A stretch of DNA of 64,000 nucleotides from Selaginella moellendorffii (lineage: Eukaryota; Plantae; Lycopodiophyta): positions 372,001 to 436,000 of the forward strand of contig NW_003314318.1 of assembly GCF_000143415.4 (NCBI RefSeq), written 5' to 3'. A model generated the notes under the pieces. It was not told the DNA's origin. It did not search any database and was given only the letters and a program-made list of their open reading frames with translations. Both the position numbers and the translations under genes were made by a program. Shown here in pieces: positions 16,363 to 28,824 of the stretch (within the stretch, counting starts at the first letter, position 1; every line of letters starts with the position of its first letter).

Positions 16363-18159
16363 TTAGACCCAGATATCGGAGGTGCAATCGCCGCCAGGGT
16401 AGCGCATCTCGTGCGCCAGCGCAGGCCCGTTTGGTTCCTCGCCGAAATCGACGAAGAAATCGTGATTGAGAGCTAGGCCTCCTTTCTGGGTGTCGCAATC
16501 CACCTGGAGAATGTGAGAGCCTTCGCTCGCGAGGCCTGGATAGAACTGATTGTCCCAGGAGCTGAACAGCGAGTTTGTCACGTAGAGACGCTTGCCGTCG
16601 AGGCTGAGCTGCAGCATCTGGGGGCCTCCTCTCAGTTTCTTCCCCTGGAAACAAAGTTCTCTCTGGAATCCTCGATTGGATAGAAAGAATTTCGCTTACC
16701 TGGACTGGAGGAACGCTGGATTGCCAGTCTTCTCCGGTAGAGCTCTCGACCAACACTTTGCTGCCTTTGGAAACCAAGCCTCCCAGCCAGAGCTGCCCGG
16801 TTAGCACAGGCTTGGATGGATCATCGATGTTGTACTGCCTCAAATCGCCGTGAAGCCAATTCACAAAGTAGAGGAAACGATCATCCAGGGAGATGAGAAG
16901 GTCCGTGATCAAGCCAGGCATCTCGGGTAAGATCCAGTTCTTCACCTTTAGCGGCGAAACAGTCACCACCACCTTAAGATTAAACACGAAAGAGAGAGTT
17001 AGAACTCCAGGATCTATTCAAGCTTACTTCATGATCCCAAGTGCTATCATCTTTCTTGAAGAACCGGACCAAAGTACTGCTCAGAGCACAGGCTACGTAG
17101 CCAGTATCCTTTTCTGGATTGTGTAAAAACCGAATCTACACCAACAAAACTCCAGGAAAAAAGAGAAAAAAAGAAAAAAACCGCTACCTCGAGTGGGATC
17201 AATCCAGTGTCACCGAGATCGATGGTTTGCTTCAAAGTTCCGCCCGGCCAGTCGTACACAAAGAGTTCTCTCCCGTACAGACCCTTGGAAAGATCTCCCA
17301 AATCGAAACCTTTGGTAAACGCAGAGGGCGCCCCCCAGGAACTACTGATCATCGTTTTGTGACGAGGTTGATACCAAAAGTCGTAGCCAAAAGAGGGACT
17401 GTGTCCTTGTTTTTCCCATCTAAGTCATAAGATCCAAAGCTCAAAAGTGACAAAAAATGGCGTGAACGACAAGAACTCACGAGAACTCACGAGAACTTAC
17501 CTTCCTTTGATGTTGAATTCTCCATCCAAGAGCAAGAATCCAGCTCCTTGTGCTCGTCCTTCTTTGTCTCCAAGGCACGAGATCATAATCTCGCCGGAAG
17601 CAAGGCAATGCGCGGTGTGAGGAAACGCGAGCCCAGTTTTTTCGTATATATCCTCCGCCTCGATCACTTTGTGAAGCACTGGAGCTTTCGGATCTTTCAG
17701 AGTGTCCACAATGTAAATTCGAGAAGAACTGAAAGACCAAAGGACTTAGCTCACGAACAAAACTTAGGAGCTGTGATATACTCACACTAACGATGGAAGA
17801 ACAAGGTAGCGACGCTCAGCATCCTTCTCTCCATGGCAGGAGCTGCAAGAATTCCATCCAGAGTGGTGGAGCTCGTCATCGACATGCGGAACTGGGAGGC
17901 GATGCACTACTTTTGAAAATGTTGGCGATTTTGGATCCACATCCACCGTAGCCAGGTAATCCGGCAAAGATCGCCCAGTTCCTTCGCGAAACAAGGGCAA
18001 AAACAAGAGATTCTTGCTTGCAAGCTTGAATTCTCACACCATACCTGTGTAAACCGCCGTGACATAGAGCAAAGATTCTCGCGGCCCCTTTGTAGCGTCC
18101 AATGGAGTTCCATAGCCGGGACCAACAGCGCAGCATCCTCCTCCTTCGATCGTCCCCAT
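16363..18159 (-). CDS. SBP1: Selenium-binding protein / methanethiol oxidase family (SBP56), multi-exon
   Basis: [128 protein letters not shown]. Confidence 0.96.
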
Positions 18160-18349
18160 CCTTCGATCGCTACAAGCCCTACGCAAAAAAAATCACGAGC
18201 AAATACGCTAACATAGAACCACAAATAAAATATCCAACGGTGGACTTTACCTCGCGCGACCAACGTGTGAGATTAAACTATATCCAGGCCACGTGAACCT
18301 GGTCAGCTTCCAGGCCAGAGCTGACACTCCCAGTATTCGAACTCCCAAC

Positions 18350-21300
18350 TTAGCAAGGACATCCACCACCAGGATTCGAGCCCGCGACCTCTCGCACTTT
18401 GTCCCACAACCCTGCGCAGCCGTAGATATTAGCCATGAGCGCGAACGCCGACGCATCCCTGCCGTCCAGCTCGACCAGAGCCCCAAATGCCACCTCCCCC
18501 AGCTCCACATTCCCCCACTTCCAGCACGCGCCCAGAACTGCCCGCCATATCATAGCGCTGCCCCTCCCGAAATCCCGCGCCACCTGGACCGCCGCCGCGA
18601 GCTGATTGGCCCGCCCCAGCATGTCCACCGTACAGGCGTAGTGCTCCGCCCGGGGCTGCACGCCGTACACGGGCAGCATCCTTTGGAGATATTCCCTGCC
18701 CGTGTCTACCAGCCCACCATGGCTGCACGCCGCCAGCACCGCCACGAAGGTGATGCCGTCCGCGCGGTACCTCTCGTACGACATTGTGCGGAAGAGGTGC
18801 AGCACGGCATCCGTGCTACCGCCCAGCTTGCCGTGCGCCGCGAGGAGGGAGTTCCAGGTGACGGTGTCGAGCAGCGCGATGGAATCGAAGAGGAGCTTTG
18901 CGTCGAGAGCTCTGCCACATTTGCCATAGGCGTCGACTAGGCAATTGGTGACGATGATCTCTCGCTGGTCTAGCAGCCCAGCTCGAGCGATCTGGGCGTG
19001 GATCGCCTTGCAAGCCGGGAGGCTGGCGAGAACGCTGCTGGCCTTGAGCGCCGCCACCAAGATCGCGGAGGAATCGCGGCGCTGGTCGATGGAGCGGCGG
19101 TGGAAGTCGAAGAAGATCTCCAGAGCTAGCTCGGCGTCGCCGTTCTCGGCGTATCCTACAATAAGTGGCACCAAAGTTGACGAAGAACTCTGCGAGGAGC
19201 TCCTGGCGATGGTGGTCTTGTCGAAGACCCCACGAGCATCGGGCATGCTTCCACACCTCGCGTACATCTCCACCAGCGAGTTCGCAACGCTCACGTCGAG
19301 ATCAAGCCCGAGCTTTGCAGCTTGAGAGTGAAGATCAGCTCCAATCTTCAAAGCATTCCCAGTGCTGCGCGCCACCGCCATCGCCATCGCCATCGCCTTG
19401 GACGAATGATCTTTCTCTTTCTCTTCTTCATGGATCTCTCTTTCCATCGCTGCCAGCTTCGTGCAAGCCTTGAGAGTAGCCACGAACGTCTGTGCATTCG
19501 GCTTGCAATTCCGGTCCAGCGATCGCATCCTCGAGAAGCACTCGAGAGCTTCTCGCGCTTCGCCATTCTCGACGTAGCCAAGGATGAGCGTGTTCCATGC
19601 AACTGTGTCGCGACAGCTCATTCCCTCGAGAACGCTGCGAGCCTTTCCCGTGCAGCCACACCGCGCGTAAAGATCCACCAGGCTGCTCGCCACTAACATG
19701 TTTGAGTCCAAACCCGCCTCCATAGCTCGAGAGTGAATCGACTCGACTTTGCGGAGCTGCTGTTCCTGCTGGTGTTCTTGGGAGAGTCTGTCTGGATTCC
19801 TTGGATGTCGTCGAGTTTTCCCTGGTTGATCACTCTGAGTGACTCCATCCTTCCCGAAAACTTGAGTTCTTCCTGGATCACCTTGAGTACTTCCATCACT
19901 CCCGAGAACTTTAGTTTTCCCTGGATGTGCTTGAGCGCTTGCATCCTTCCTGAGAACTTGTGTTTTTCCTGGATCACCGAGAACTTGAGTTCTTCCTGGA
20001 TCACCTCGAGTTTTTTCATCCTTCCCGAGAACTTCATTGCTGCCAGTGAAAGTGATGCAAGCTTTCAACGCGGCAACGTAAGTGAGGACATTCGCGACAC
20101 CAGGCTCCATGCTCTCAAACAGCTTCAAGGCAAAGTCCCCGTCTCCACTCTCAGCATAGCCAAGAACGAGCGCTGTCCACGACACAACGCTGTGGCACGC
20201 CATCTTCTCAAACACCCTGTGAGCGTCCACCATGCTCCCACATTTCGCGTACGTATCAACCAGCGTGTTCCACACGAAGATATCCTTGCAGCGAGCCCGA
20301 GACTCCACAGCCATTGTCTTGGCCAGCGACTTTATCTTCAGGAGCTTCCCATCGACGAGCTTGGCTTCTTCTTTCGTTGCGAGAGCGTTGCATGCCTTGA
20401 GCGCAGCCACGAGAGTTTTGGCATTCGAGTCACAGCCTTCGAGCTCGAACCGGAAGAACAAATCCAGCGCCAGCTCCTCTTCACCATTCTCCGCGCAGCC
20501 AAGGATGAGAGAATTCTGCGACACCGTGTTGTGCCAAGGCATCCTGTCGAAGACTCTCCGCGCGTCCACAAGGCTTCCGGACTTCGCATACGTTTGAAGC
20601 AGCCTTGTTGCTACGAAGAGCTCGTCGTGACACTTCTTCTTCTCGGCTTCACGGTGAAGAGCCATTGCTTTCTCCAGCGCCACCATCTTGACGAAAGGAT
20701 TGCCGCCAAGTTCAACGCCTTCTTCACTAGTGGCGGAGCTTGAGCAAGCCTTCAACGCGGCCAGAACCATCAGAGAGTTCGGCTCCAGTCCTTGTTCTTC
20801 CATAAGAAAGAACAAGCTCAAGGCGAGTTCTTCCTCGTGGTTCTCCGAGTATCCCATCATCAAGGCAGTCCACGAGACAACGCTGTGATATCTCATCCTG
20901 TCCAGCGCTTTGCGAGCATCCAACATGCTCCCACACTTGCAATACGTATCAACCAAGACGTTCCTTGAAGCCATAGCTTGCAAACCCCGTCCACTTCTCA
21001 CGGCTCGAGCGTGGAGATCCATTGTCTTCTCTAGAGCCGAAACTTTGACGAGCTTCCCATCGAGCTCCTCGCCTTCTTCTCGAGCCGCCAAGCCCGAGCA
21101 AGCCTTGAAAGCAGCGACGTAGCTTGCATCGTCCGCTACACAGCCGCCTCCTTCAGCCTCTATCCTGTCCAGAAACTCGAGAGCCAGATCTTCCTGCCCG
21201 TTCTCTGCGTATCCCAGCATCACAGTGTTCCAGGAGACAAGCGTAGGACACGCCATGGCATCGAAGACCTTGCGAGCTTCTGCCATGTCTCCACACTTGG

Positions 21301-21418
21301 AGTACATGTTGATCAGGCTGTTGGCCACGAAAACGTTGGTTTCGTTCCCACGGGACCCTGCCTCGGCGTGAAGCCTCTTCCCCTCTTGCAAGTCTCTCGA
21401 GATGCTGCATTCTTTCAA
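18350..21418 (-). CDS. PLS-E class PPR protein with lengthened L motifs and an internal repeat insert (true start probably slightly upstream)
   Basis: 1022-aa ORF of P-L-S triplets (VANSLINMYSKCG, SWTALxxGYAENG, FVAALKAC). Terminal FVAVLAACSHGGLVDTG, EHYACTVDMLGRA, E motif WRAVLGAC...LMANIYG. No DYW. Confidence 0.92.
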   Translation of the reverse strand: MKECSISRDLQEGKRLHAEAGSRGNETNVFVANSLINMYSKCGDMAEARKVFDAMACPTLVSWNTVMLGYAENGQEDLALEFLDRIEAEGGGCVADDASYVAAFKACSGLAAREEGEELDGKLVKVSALEKTMDLHARAVRSGRGLQAMASRNVLVDTYCKCGSMLDARKALDRMRYHSVVSWTALMMGYSENHEEELALSLFFLMEEQGLEPNSLMVLAALKACSSSATSEEGVELGGNPFVKMVALEKAMALHREAEKKKCHDELFVATRLLQTYAKSGSLVDARRVFDRMPWHNTVSQNSLILGCAENGEEELALDLFFRFELEGCDSNAKTLVAALKACNALATKEEAKLVDGKLLKIKSLAKTMAVESRARCKDIFVWNTLVDTYAKCGSMVDAHRVFEKMACHSVVSWTALVLGYAESGDGDFALKLFESMEPGVANVLTYVAALKACITFTGSNEVLGKDEKTRGDPGRTQVLGDPGKTQVLRKDASAQAHPGKTKVLGSDGSTQGDPGRTQVFGKDGVTQSDQPGKTRRHPRNPDRLSQEHQQEQQLRKVESIHSRAMEAGLDSNMLVASSLVDLYARCGCTGKARSVLEGMSCRDTVAWNTLILGYVENGEAREALECFSRMRSLDRNCKPNAQTFVATLKACTKLAAMEREIHEEEKEKDHSSKAMAMAMAVARSTGNALKIGADLHSQAAKLGLDLDVSVANSLVEMYARCGSMPDARGVFDKTTIARSSSQSSSSTLVPLIVGYAENGDAELALEIFFDFHRRSIDQRRDSSAILVAALKASSVLASLPACKAIHAQIARAGLLDQREIIVTNCLVDAYGKCGRALDAKLLFDSIALLDTVTWNSLLAAHGKLGGSTDAVLHLFRTMSYERYRADGITFVAVLAACSHGGLVDTGREYLQRMLPVYGVQPRAEHYACTVDMLGRANQLAAAVQVARDFGRGSAMIWRAVLGACWKWGNVELGEVAFGALVELDGRDASAFALMANIYGCAGLWDKVREVAGSNPGGGCPC
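19810..20035 (-). repeat. In-frame ~48 bp (16 aa) tandem repeat, about 4.5 copies, inside the PPR coding sequence
   Basis: VLGKDEKTRGDPGRTQ / VLGDPGKTQ / VLRKDASAQAHPGKTK / VLGSDGSTQGDPGRTQ / VFGKDGVTQSDQPGKTR. Confidence 0.85.
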
Positions 21419-22880
21419 CGCAGCGAGAAGATGGGCTACCTTGGTTTGATGCTGGAACGCGAGTGTACTAGACCACTGTGATTTTCCGATGACAAATTTG
21501 GCCTACACCCAAGAAACGAAAACAAGCATTGAGAAAAAAAGAGCAACAGATCGACTGACCTTTTGAAGAAGAGCTATTCTCATTTCTCATATTGGTAGAC
21601 TGCAAAGCCGAAACAGAGCTTTCGGCAGCGGCATTTTCATGTACCCTAGGGGACAACAGTTTAAGCTAACGAACCTCGTTTAAAGGTTTGGAATAGAGAT
21701 ATTAAAAAACTCAGAAAAATAAAATTTATGTTTTTGTATCACTTGAAAATTATAAAAGTATAGGAATCAATAAATAATCCATACCGAGTCCATCGGCTAC
21801 GGAGCCAAATTTTCTCAAGCCACCAGTACCTAGAAGTCACAACTCCCCGAAAAGTTTTTAATCTTTCTTCTCCAAAGGATGGTATTTCATTGTTCAGCAA
21901 TGACTTGCATCCACTTGCTCTCAACCTGGCCATTCTGGACTCTCTGGCGAGCGAACGCTAATATTATTATCCAGGATGGAGCTTGATTTACCATAGCAAA
22001 CCCAATTGAAGCAAATAGTGCTTCCATGGGCTGTAAAATTCCGACAGCTCCTTTTCCTTGCTGCGTTTTGCGGCGGCCGGATTTGTGTGCGACGAGGCTG
22101 TGTGAGAACAATGGCCAGCGCTGCTTTACAAGCGGCTGGGTGTATGCGGGAGGCAAACATGAGGACAGGGACTGTAGTTTAGGTGATTTCTTTGGCGTGA
22201 TGACAAGGGTGGCTTGGTTACAGTCTCGGGAGTGCCCCTTGAAGCCATACTTGCTCGAGTGTATCCAGAGGGGGCTGACGGAATCGCTTGGCGTGATAGA
22301 GGCCAATCTCGTTGTCTGGAGGATGGGATTGTTTACTGCTTGAGCAGAATGGCCTATAGATGAATATTCAAAGGCAGTGGTTTATCGCCCGTCACTCTGA
22401 CCAGCATAGGAAAAGCTTTGTGGATCGAGTTGGAAGGCTGGCAACTCAGGTCCTGGTTTCAAATCTGACTTGTTTTTGTTTCCGTAAGGCTGTTGCTGTG
22501 GAAAGCGTGATGAACTTACATCCAACAAGGTGTGGCTTCTCCTGACGACGCTGCCAAACGTACGGCAGGTCGTGTTCTTGCAGACCAGTAGGCTTAACTT
22601 GCCTCCAAATTCTGCGCCAGTGCTTTGTCAACAAGATATCCCATGCTCCTTACTCAGGCACACCAAAACACCTAGCACTCCTTGTAATAGTACACCAACT
22701 GCCAGGCAGTGGCAGCAGTTGCCAACCATATTTGTGTTCTGCATGTAGAAGGCCATGGGATCTGCCTTGCTGAACATGGTCATCTCCTTCGAATCATGTC
22801 TCCCCCCTAAGCTGAACGAAGAAGAGCATCAAGGGGGTGCCATTGCCAATGGATCTTGTCATTGATCACCTTGCCAAAAC

Positions 22881-22900
22881 ATGGAAGACGAACTACTGCA

Positions 22901-22937
<37 letters not shown>

Positions 22938-23102
22938 AAAAGTTGGGGGCTTGAAGACGATCAGATACCATCCTAGTCTCAACCATAAACTAGGGATTGG
23001 CAAATATTATTTAGATGACACCACTAGCACCTCATGAGAAATCAAAGTCTTTGGGTTCCGAGGGGAGTATGGTCACAAGGCTAAAACTTAAAGGAATTTA
23101 CG
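22881..23102 (+). pseudogene. Dispersed, decayed fragment (~220 bp) of nuclear 18S rDNA
   Basis: AAGACGAACTACTGC-AAAGCATTTGCCAAGGATGTTTTCATTAATCAAGAAC...GATCAGATACC-TCCTAGTCTCAACCATAAAC...GAGAAATCAAAGTCTTTGGGTTCCG...GAGTATGGTC...AAACTTAAAGGAATT matches conserved mid-18S sequence. It carries CG>CA/TG changes and a small deletion. Confidence 0.9.
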
Positions 23103-23377
23103 CCTGAGTTCCAACTCGATCCACAAAACTTTTCCTATACTGGTCAGAGTGACGGGCGATAAACCACTGCCTTTATATATTCATCTATACCCTATTTGTA
23201 AAACTCATACAAATCTCTACATTCTGGTGCTCCTTGGCATAGTGTTCCACTCTGATGAAGCCCGAGGATACTTTCCTTCGATGGCTGATGACTTAACCAT
23301 CCTCGCAGCCACTTCAGGGGCACCTTGCATGGGACGAAAGAAGCAGGGTAATCGTCTCCAACTAGTGCACAACGCTT

Positions 23378-24726
23378 TCACTCCTTCTTTAACGAGATGC
23401 GAGAAGGGAAGGACAGCATGAGGTCGAAGAGAAGACGCCACGAGACGTAGCGTTTGTTCATGGAGCGCGACACCGGACTGATCATGTCCTCGTGGATGTA
23501 ATGCACCACGAGCATTCGAATCTGGTGAACGCGAAGCAAGTCACCGAGAACATCAAGATCCGGGGCCTGTTCCAAGCCATTCACCCAGACGTGCACGGTG
23601 AGCGTCTCAAACTTGAAGTGATCTACATCACCCTGAAACCACTGCAATGAGACGAAAGGATCAGCGCTTGAGTGGTAAGAACGAGTAAAACTTTAAATCT
23701 ATGCACCTTAAGAGAAAAGCCATCGAAATGGATGCTTTCCAGGCTGACAAGCGGGCTCAAAATCTCGCCAATTGGAATGGCAATCCCATTGGTGGTCTCC
23801 GTGTTCTCAAAGAATAGCTCGGTGATCATGGGCGTGAGATTCAAGACGTGGAAGACGCTAGCATGCTCCCAGTTCCCAGCGATCTTCAGCCTCTTAAGAT
23901 TGTAGAACTGCTTGCTATCGACCACGCACGATCCATAGCACGAGAGCTCGAGCTCACGCAAGCTTTCGGGGTGTGAGATCCCAACAGACATTCCGTCCGC
24001 CAAGCCGCCAACTTTCAAGACACCAAGCTTCGGAGCGTCAAGACCAATCCTAAACTTTCTCGTTCTCGCTGCAACCTCGTCGCCCTCGAAATCACCCGAG
24101 AACTGGAAACTCTCGAGGCTGGCGCTCTTGAGCGTGAGATCTTTCGAGGTGTCCACAAAGCCCGTGACGCTGAGATACTCCAGCGTCGGGCATGCCGCGA
24201 GGAGCGCCTCCAGGATCTGGGGAGACACACTTGCAGATCTGCAAAACTGGCAGCTTCGCAGGCTTGAAAATGGCGACTGATCGAAGAGGCTTTTAGAACT
24301 GTAGAAGTCTCCAGCCATCCGGAAGCTCTCGAGCTTGCGGAAGCACGAGAACAAGCTCCACACGGCCGGTCCCAATTCAAGACAGCCCCACACCTCGAGG
24401 TCTAGAACCGTAAGAGAGTCGGGCCACAAGAGCCAGTGGCCTGTAGCTTCGGATGGGTTGAGGCAGGAGAGCGAGACCTTGAGCTCCTTGAGGCAGCCAG
24501 GAGCTATCTTCTTGGTGCGCTGGAGCACGCTGGTGATGGCGTCTTCTTTCTTCCTCAACGCCGTCTTGTCCCTCGCGGTGAAATCGAAGTGGAGGCGGGT
24601 GACTGCCCAACGCAGCTCTCGCCATCGCTTGCATACCAGCGAGAACTGGGCGATCTGCCGCGCATCGCCCACCTTGGAGAAGATTTCCACCAGCGAGCTA
24701 TCGTCCAGCTCCACGCTCTTTCTCAT
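23378..24726 (-). CDS. F-box/LRR-repeat protein, 2 exons
   Basis: N-terminal F-box (ELDDSSLVEIFSKV...QFSLVCKRWREL) followed by LxxLxL repeats (LLAACPTLEYLSV, APKLGVLKV). Intron ~23634-23705, second exon ends TGA at 23378. Confidence 0.85.
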
Positions 24727-26299
24727 GGCACAAAACCCTAAAATTTAGAGAATTAAGTGTAAAAGGAAGAATTAGCCAGCAGACTCAAATGATTTTTCAT
24801 GTGAGAATCAGCTCGTAGAACATAAGTTTTGTCCCCGCCTCCAATCAGCTCGCTGACTCTCAGTGCCGTGTGGAGGTTGGAGCACGCCTGCATGGATCAC
24901 GATCTTAGGACTCAGTCAAGTTTGCTGATCTCACAAGGCCCTGGATGAGAATGTGTTGCTTACTCGTTGCATCCCTGGGTCTTTGTTCTTCTTGAAGGTA
25001 GGAAGCCACTCTTTGCAACTGTTTCGAGTGCTATTTACATACATTATTATTATTACTCTATCATACAATCACCATAAAGCCCATCTTCCACCTCCATCCA
25101 GTCAAGCTTCATGCCTGTCCTTGAGAATTCCATGACTGCTTTAAGGAACTCCCACCTCCTCCATAGGCGCCCTAAAACTTGGCTACTAAGGGCAAAGAGT
25201 TTTTAAGTTCAACGTTCCAGCCTCTTTCCCTCTGGAAGAATGAATACAAGTACCTGATTTTAATTATGATAGCACCACCTTGTATAGCTTGTTCGACTCA
25301 TTTGTTCCTACCAGAATCTGTAACAGCATAGAAAAAAGATTCATGACATCGAAGAGACATTGACTGAGAGGAGAGCTTTCCCCAGTCAGCAAGGCCGATT
25401 TTAATCATGCTGCTATCCTTGAGAGCTTTCAATAAACTCATTCACAGCCATGAGACAATGTTAAATCAGTGATTGTAGTCGATTAGCACTCTTCCATGGA
25501 TCTTGTAAAGTAAAAAAAGAAAACAATATCACAACTCCATAAACAACTAATGCTTAAAGAATTTACCATCATAAAAGAACATCCAGACATTGAATTATTA
25601 TTATTATTATTAAATTATTTTATTATTAGGTTATAGCAATCACAAACTTTGCTAAGAGATTTATAGATCATTTGAAAATGATTTTTAGATAATCATCTTT
25701 TTAGATTAATTTTTGCATATAAGATTAAAGAAAATTTGATTTGGGCATATAATTAATTTTTTTTTGCTACATATAACATTTGATTTCATATCATCACTCA
25801 TGTTATTTTTAATTTTTGAAAAAATGAATTTTACGTGATTGGGGATTTAAGTCTGAGGAAGAAACTTCACGAAAGAGTTACAACTAAAAGATTAAAAAGT
25901 GAGATAGGTGTAATAGCATGGAAATTAGTTAATCAATTTTATTTTATAAGAAAAATATTTAATTTAAAATTCCACTCTTTAAACATTTACAAAATTATAT
26001 CTAAACTTGGATATTTTTGGTATAAACCCAAAATAAACTTAGAAATAAATAATTTAAAATCATTAAATAATTTATAATTTGAGTTATGAAAGCCAAATTT
26101 TTTGCTTGGGCTATGCTCCATCTCTAGTATTATATAAATGACTGTCTAATGTGAACACATTGTAGAACAAAATCTCTTATACGATAAAGTTCTAGCTACA
26201 TTGACATCTCACCTGCAAAACAATCTTGACCAAGCCCTATGTTTCTTCTGATGATGAATTCTATAACAACGTGATAGATTTGGAGCAGTCCAAGGCAAG

Positions 26300-28487
26300 A
26301 TGACAATGTTTTTGAGATCAAGGATCAGTCCGTTGGTTTCTCGAGCTTGTGAGTTCAATTCAGACAAAGATTTCTTCCTTGCTTTTGAGATCATAATAGA
26401 TTCCAATCCAAAAGGTACACTTGTATGGAGGAGGAGCTATGGAGCCGAATTGGCACCACTGCTCAAGCCACCGGTAGAAGTCAAGCACACACAGCTCCTC
26501 ATCGATGGAAAACTCGTGGATTCGGCCTCGGGTAGCGACATAGTTCTTCCTGGATCATTCTAAATTCCTGTCTTCCAGGCAAAACATTCCCAACGATTGA
26601 TCCACGCTCGGAGGAAATCATCGCCCAAGTAGCCGAGGGAGACGAGGAAGACGTGAACAGAGCCGTCAAGGCGGCTCGCAATGCGTTTGAGAAAGGGCCA
26701 TGGCCAAGAATGACCGCTTACGTACGTAGCAATTCAAAAAATAGGGATTGATTGTCTCTCATTTGGGGTCGCAGGAGCGCTCCAAGATCCTCTTCCGCTA
26801 TGCCGATCTCTTGGAGCAGCACAGCGACGAGCTGGTGGCGCTCGATGTTCTCGACAGCGGCAAGACGATCGATCAAGCGACCTTTGCCGAGATGCCGAAT
26901 GTGATCCGGTGGTTTCGATACTACGCAGGTGAGTGAAGATTTTGGCAGAGAAGATCTCCAATCGTTCCTTTTTCTAGGATGGGCTGATAAGATTCATGGC
27001 ATGACTCTTCAAGCCGATAGCCCTCACCACGTCCATACATTACACGAACCAGTTGGAGTCGTGGGTCAGATCGTTCCATGGAATTTTCCTATGATTATGT
27101 TCTCGTGGAAGGTAAGCAACGTTTTTCTTTGATCGTTCTATAGTTCGTCTAGCGATCATCGTTTTTCTTTTTTTACGTGAAAGGTTGCTCCAGCACTGGC
27201 TTGTGGGAACACTATAGTTTTAAAATCAGCCGAGCTTACGCCGCTTTCAGCAATCTTGGCCGGGACACTCGCTCTCGAGGCTGGAGTTCCACCGGGTGTT
27301 TTGAATATTATTTCTGGATTTGGACATACTGCTGGAGCTGCGATTGCGAGTCATATGGATATTGACAAGGTGAACGAATTTTTTAGTGTTTGCGATGCTT
27401 CAAGTCCGACTGATGTTTCCATTCTTTTGATTTTTCTATCAAGGTCGCATTTACAGGCTCGACAGAAGTAGGAAGGTCGGTCATGGAAGCCGCGGCCAGA
27501 AGCAACTTAAAGCCAGTAACTCTAGAGCTTGGAGGAAAGTCGCCATTTATCGTTTGCGGTGATGCTGATATCGACAAAGCTTTGGAGCTGTCACACCTCG
27601 CCTTGTTCTTCAACCAAGTAAGTTTTCTCTTTTTCTTCTTTCATACTACCAGAAAAAACACAAGCTGACATAATCGAGGACGAGCAGGGCCAAACTTGCT
27701 GTGCGGGATCCCGGACTTTTGTGCACGAGAGTGTCTATGACGAATTCGTGGATAAGGCAAAGAAGAAAGCAGAAAATCGTGTTCTGGGAGATCCTTTTCA
27801 AAGCGGTGTAGAGCATGGCCCTCAGGTACACCTATCTATTTTTCCTCCTCTTGCGAAGCATGACGAATGCGTGACCGAGTATATGCAGGTTGATATTTCT
27901 CAATTCAACAAAGTCATGAAGTACATTGGTTATGGGAAGGAACAGGGAGCCACTTTACTCACAGGAGGAGAAAGACATGGAGACAAAGGATTTTATATTC
28001 AACCGACAGTCTTCGCGGACGTTGGAGTATGAACTTTATCTCCGAGATCACAGCATCGCACTGACTTTGATTCTCTCCGTGAATGGCAGGACAGCATGGC
28101 GATTTCCAGAGACGAGATCTTCGGCCCCGTCCAGTGCATATCGAAATTCAAGTAAGTTCCTTCCTAGCTTTCGGAACATTGGGCTCGTGTTAAACTATAG
28201 AGATCTCATTCAGGACGCTGGAAGAAGTTGTTGAAAGAGCAAACAACACTCCGTATGGTTTAGCCGCGGGAGTTTTCACGCAGAGCTTGGACACTGCAAA
28301 CTTCTTGAGCCGAGCTTTGAAAGTGGGAACAGTTTGGGTAAACACGTACTACGCCTTCGATGCAGCCATCCCCTTCGGTGGCTACAAGATGAGCGGATTT
28401 GGACGAGAGAAAGGCGAGTACGTTCTCAAGAACTACTTGCAAGTGAAAGCAGTGGTCACTCCATTGAAAAATCCGGCATGGCTGTGA
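26300..28487 (+). CDS. ALDH2B: Aldehyde dehydrogenase family 2B (mitochondrial-type), multi-exon
   Basis: Presequence-like N-terminus, [74 protein letters not shown] (catalytic Cys), [29 protein letters not shown]. Confidence 0.96.
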
Positions 28488-28824
28488 GTCTCTCATCTGG
28501 TAAGAACACCAAAAACAATTCAAGTATTTGTTCTTCACAACCACTATTCTTCGCAGACTTCTTCCAGTCCAAGAGAGCTCGCAAATCACTCCAAACATTA
28601 GACATAGCAAAAGATGCGAAAAGAGTAAAGAATATGCCTTTTGTGCCGTTTACCTCTTTTAGGGCTAGAGCGGTAGAACAGAGCAGTGGCGCCGGCGCCT
28701 ACAGCGCGGGATTCAACGCTCGCCAAGGCCTGCATTTGGATCTTTCTTGCTGCGCTTGATTCTCCCGATCGCAGGATAGAAGTAGCCGCTGCTGGCCGCC
28801 TAGATCGAGCAGCAGGGCAGACGA

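Noticed and set aside
21740-22860. Possible LINE or gene remnant; similar remnant at 24900-25450
   Set aside because: Coding-like composition but no motif I can name with confidence.
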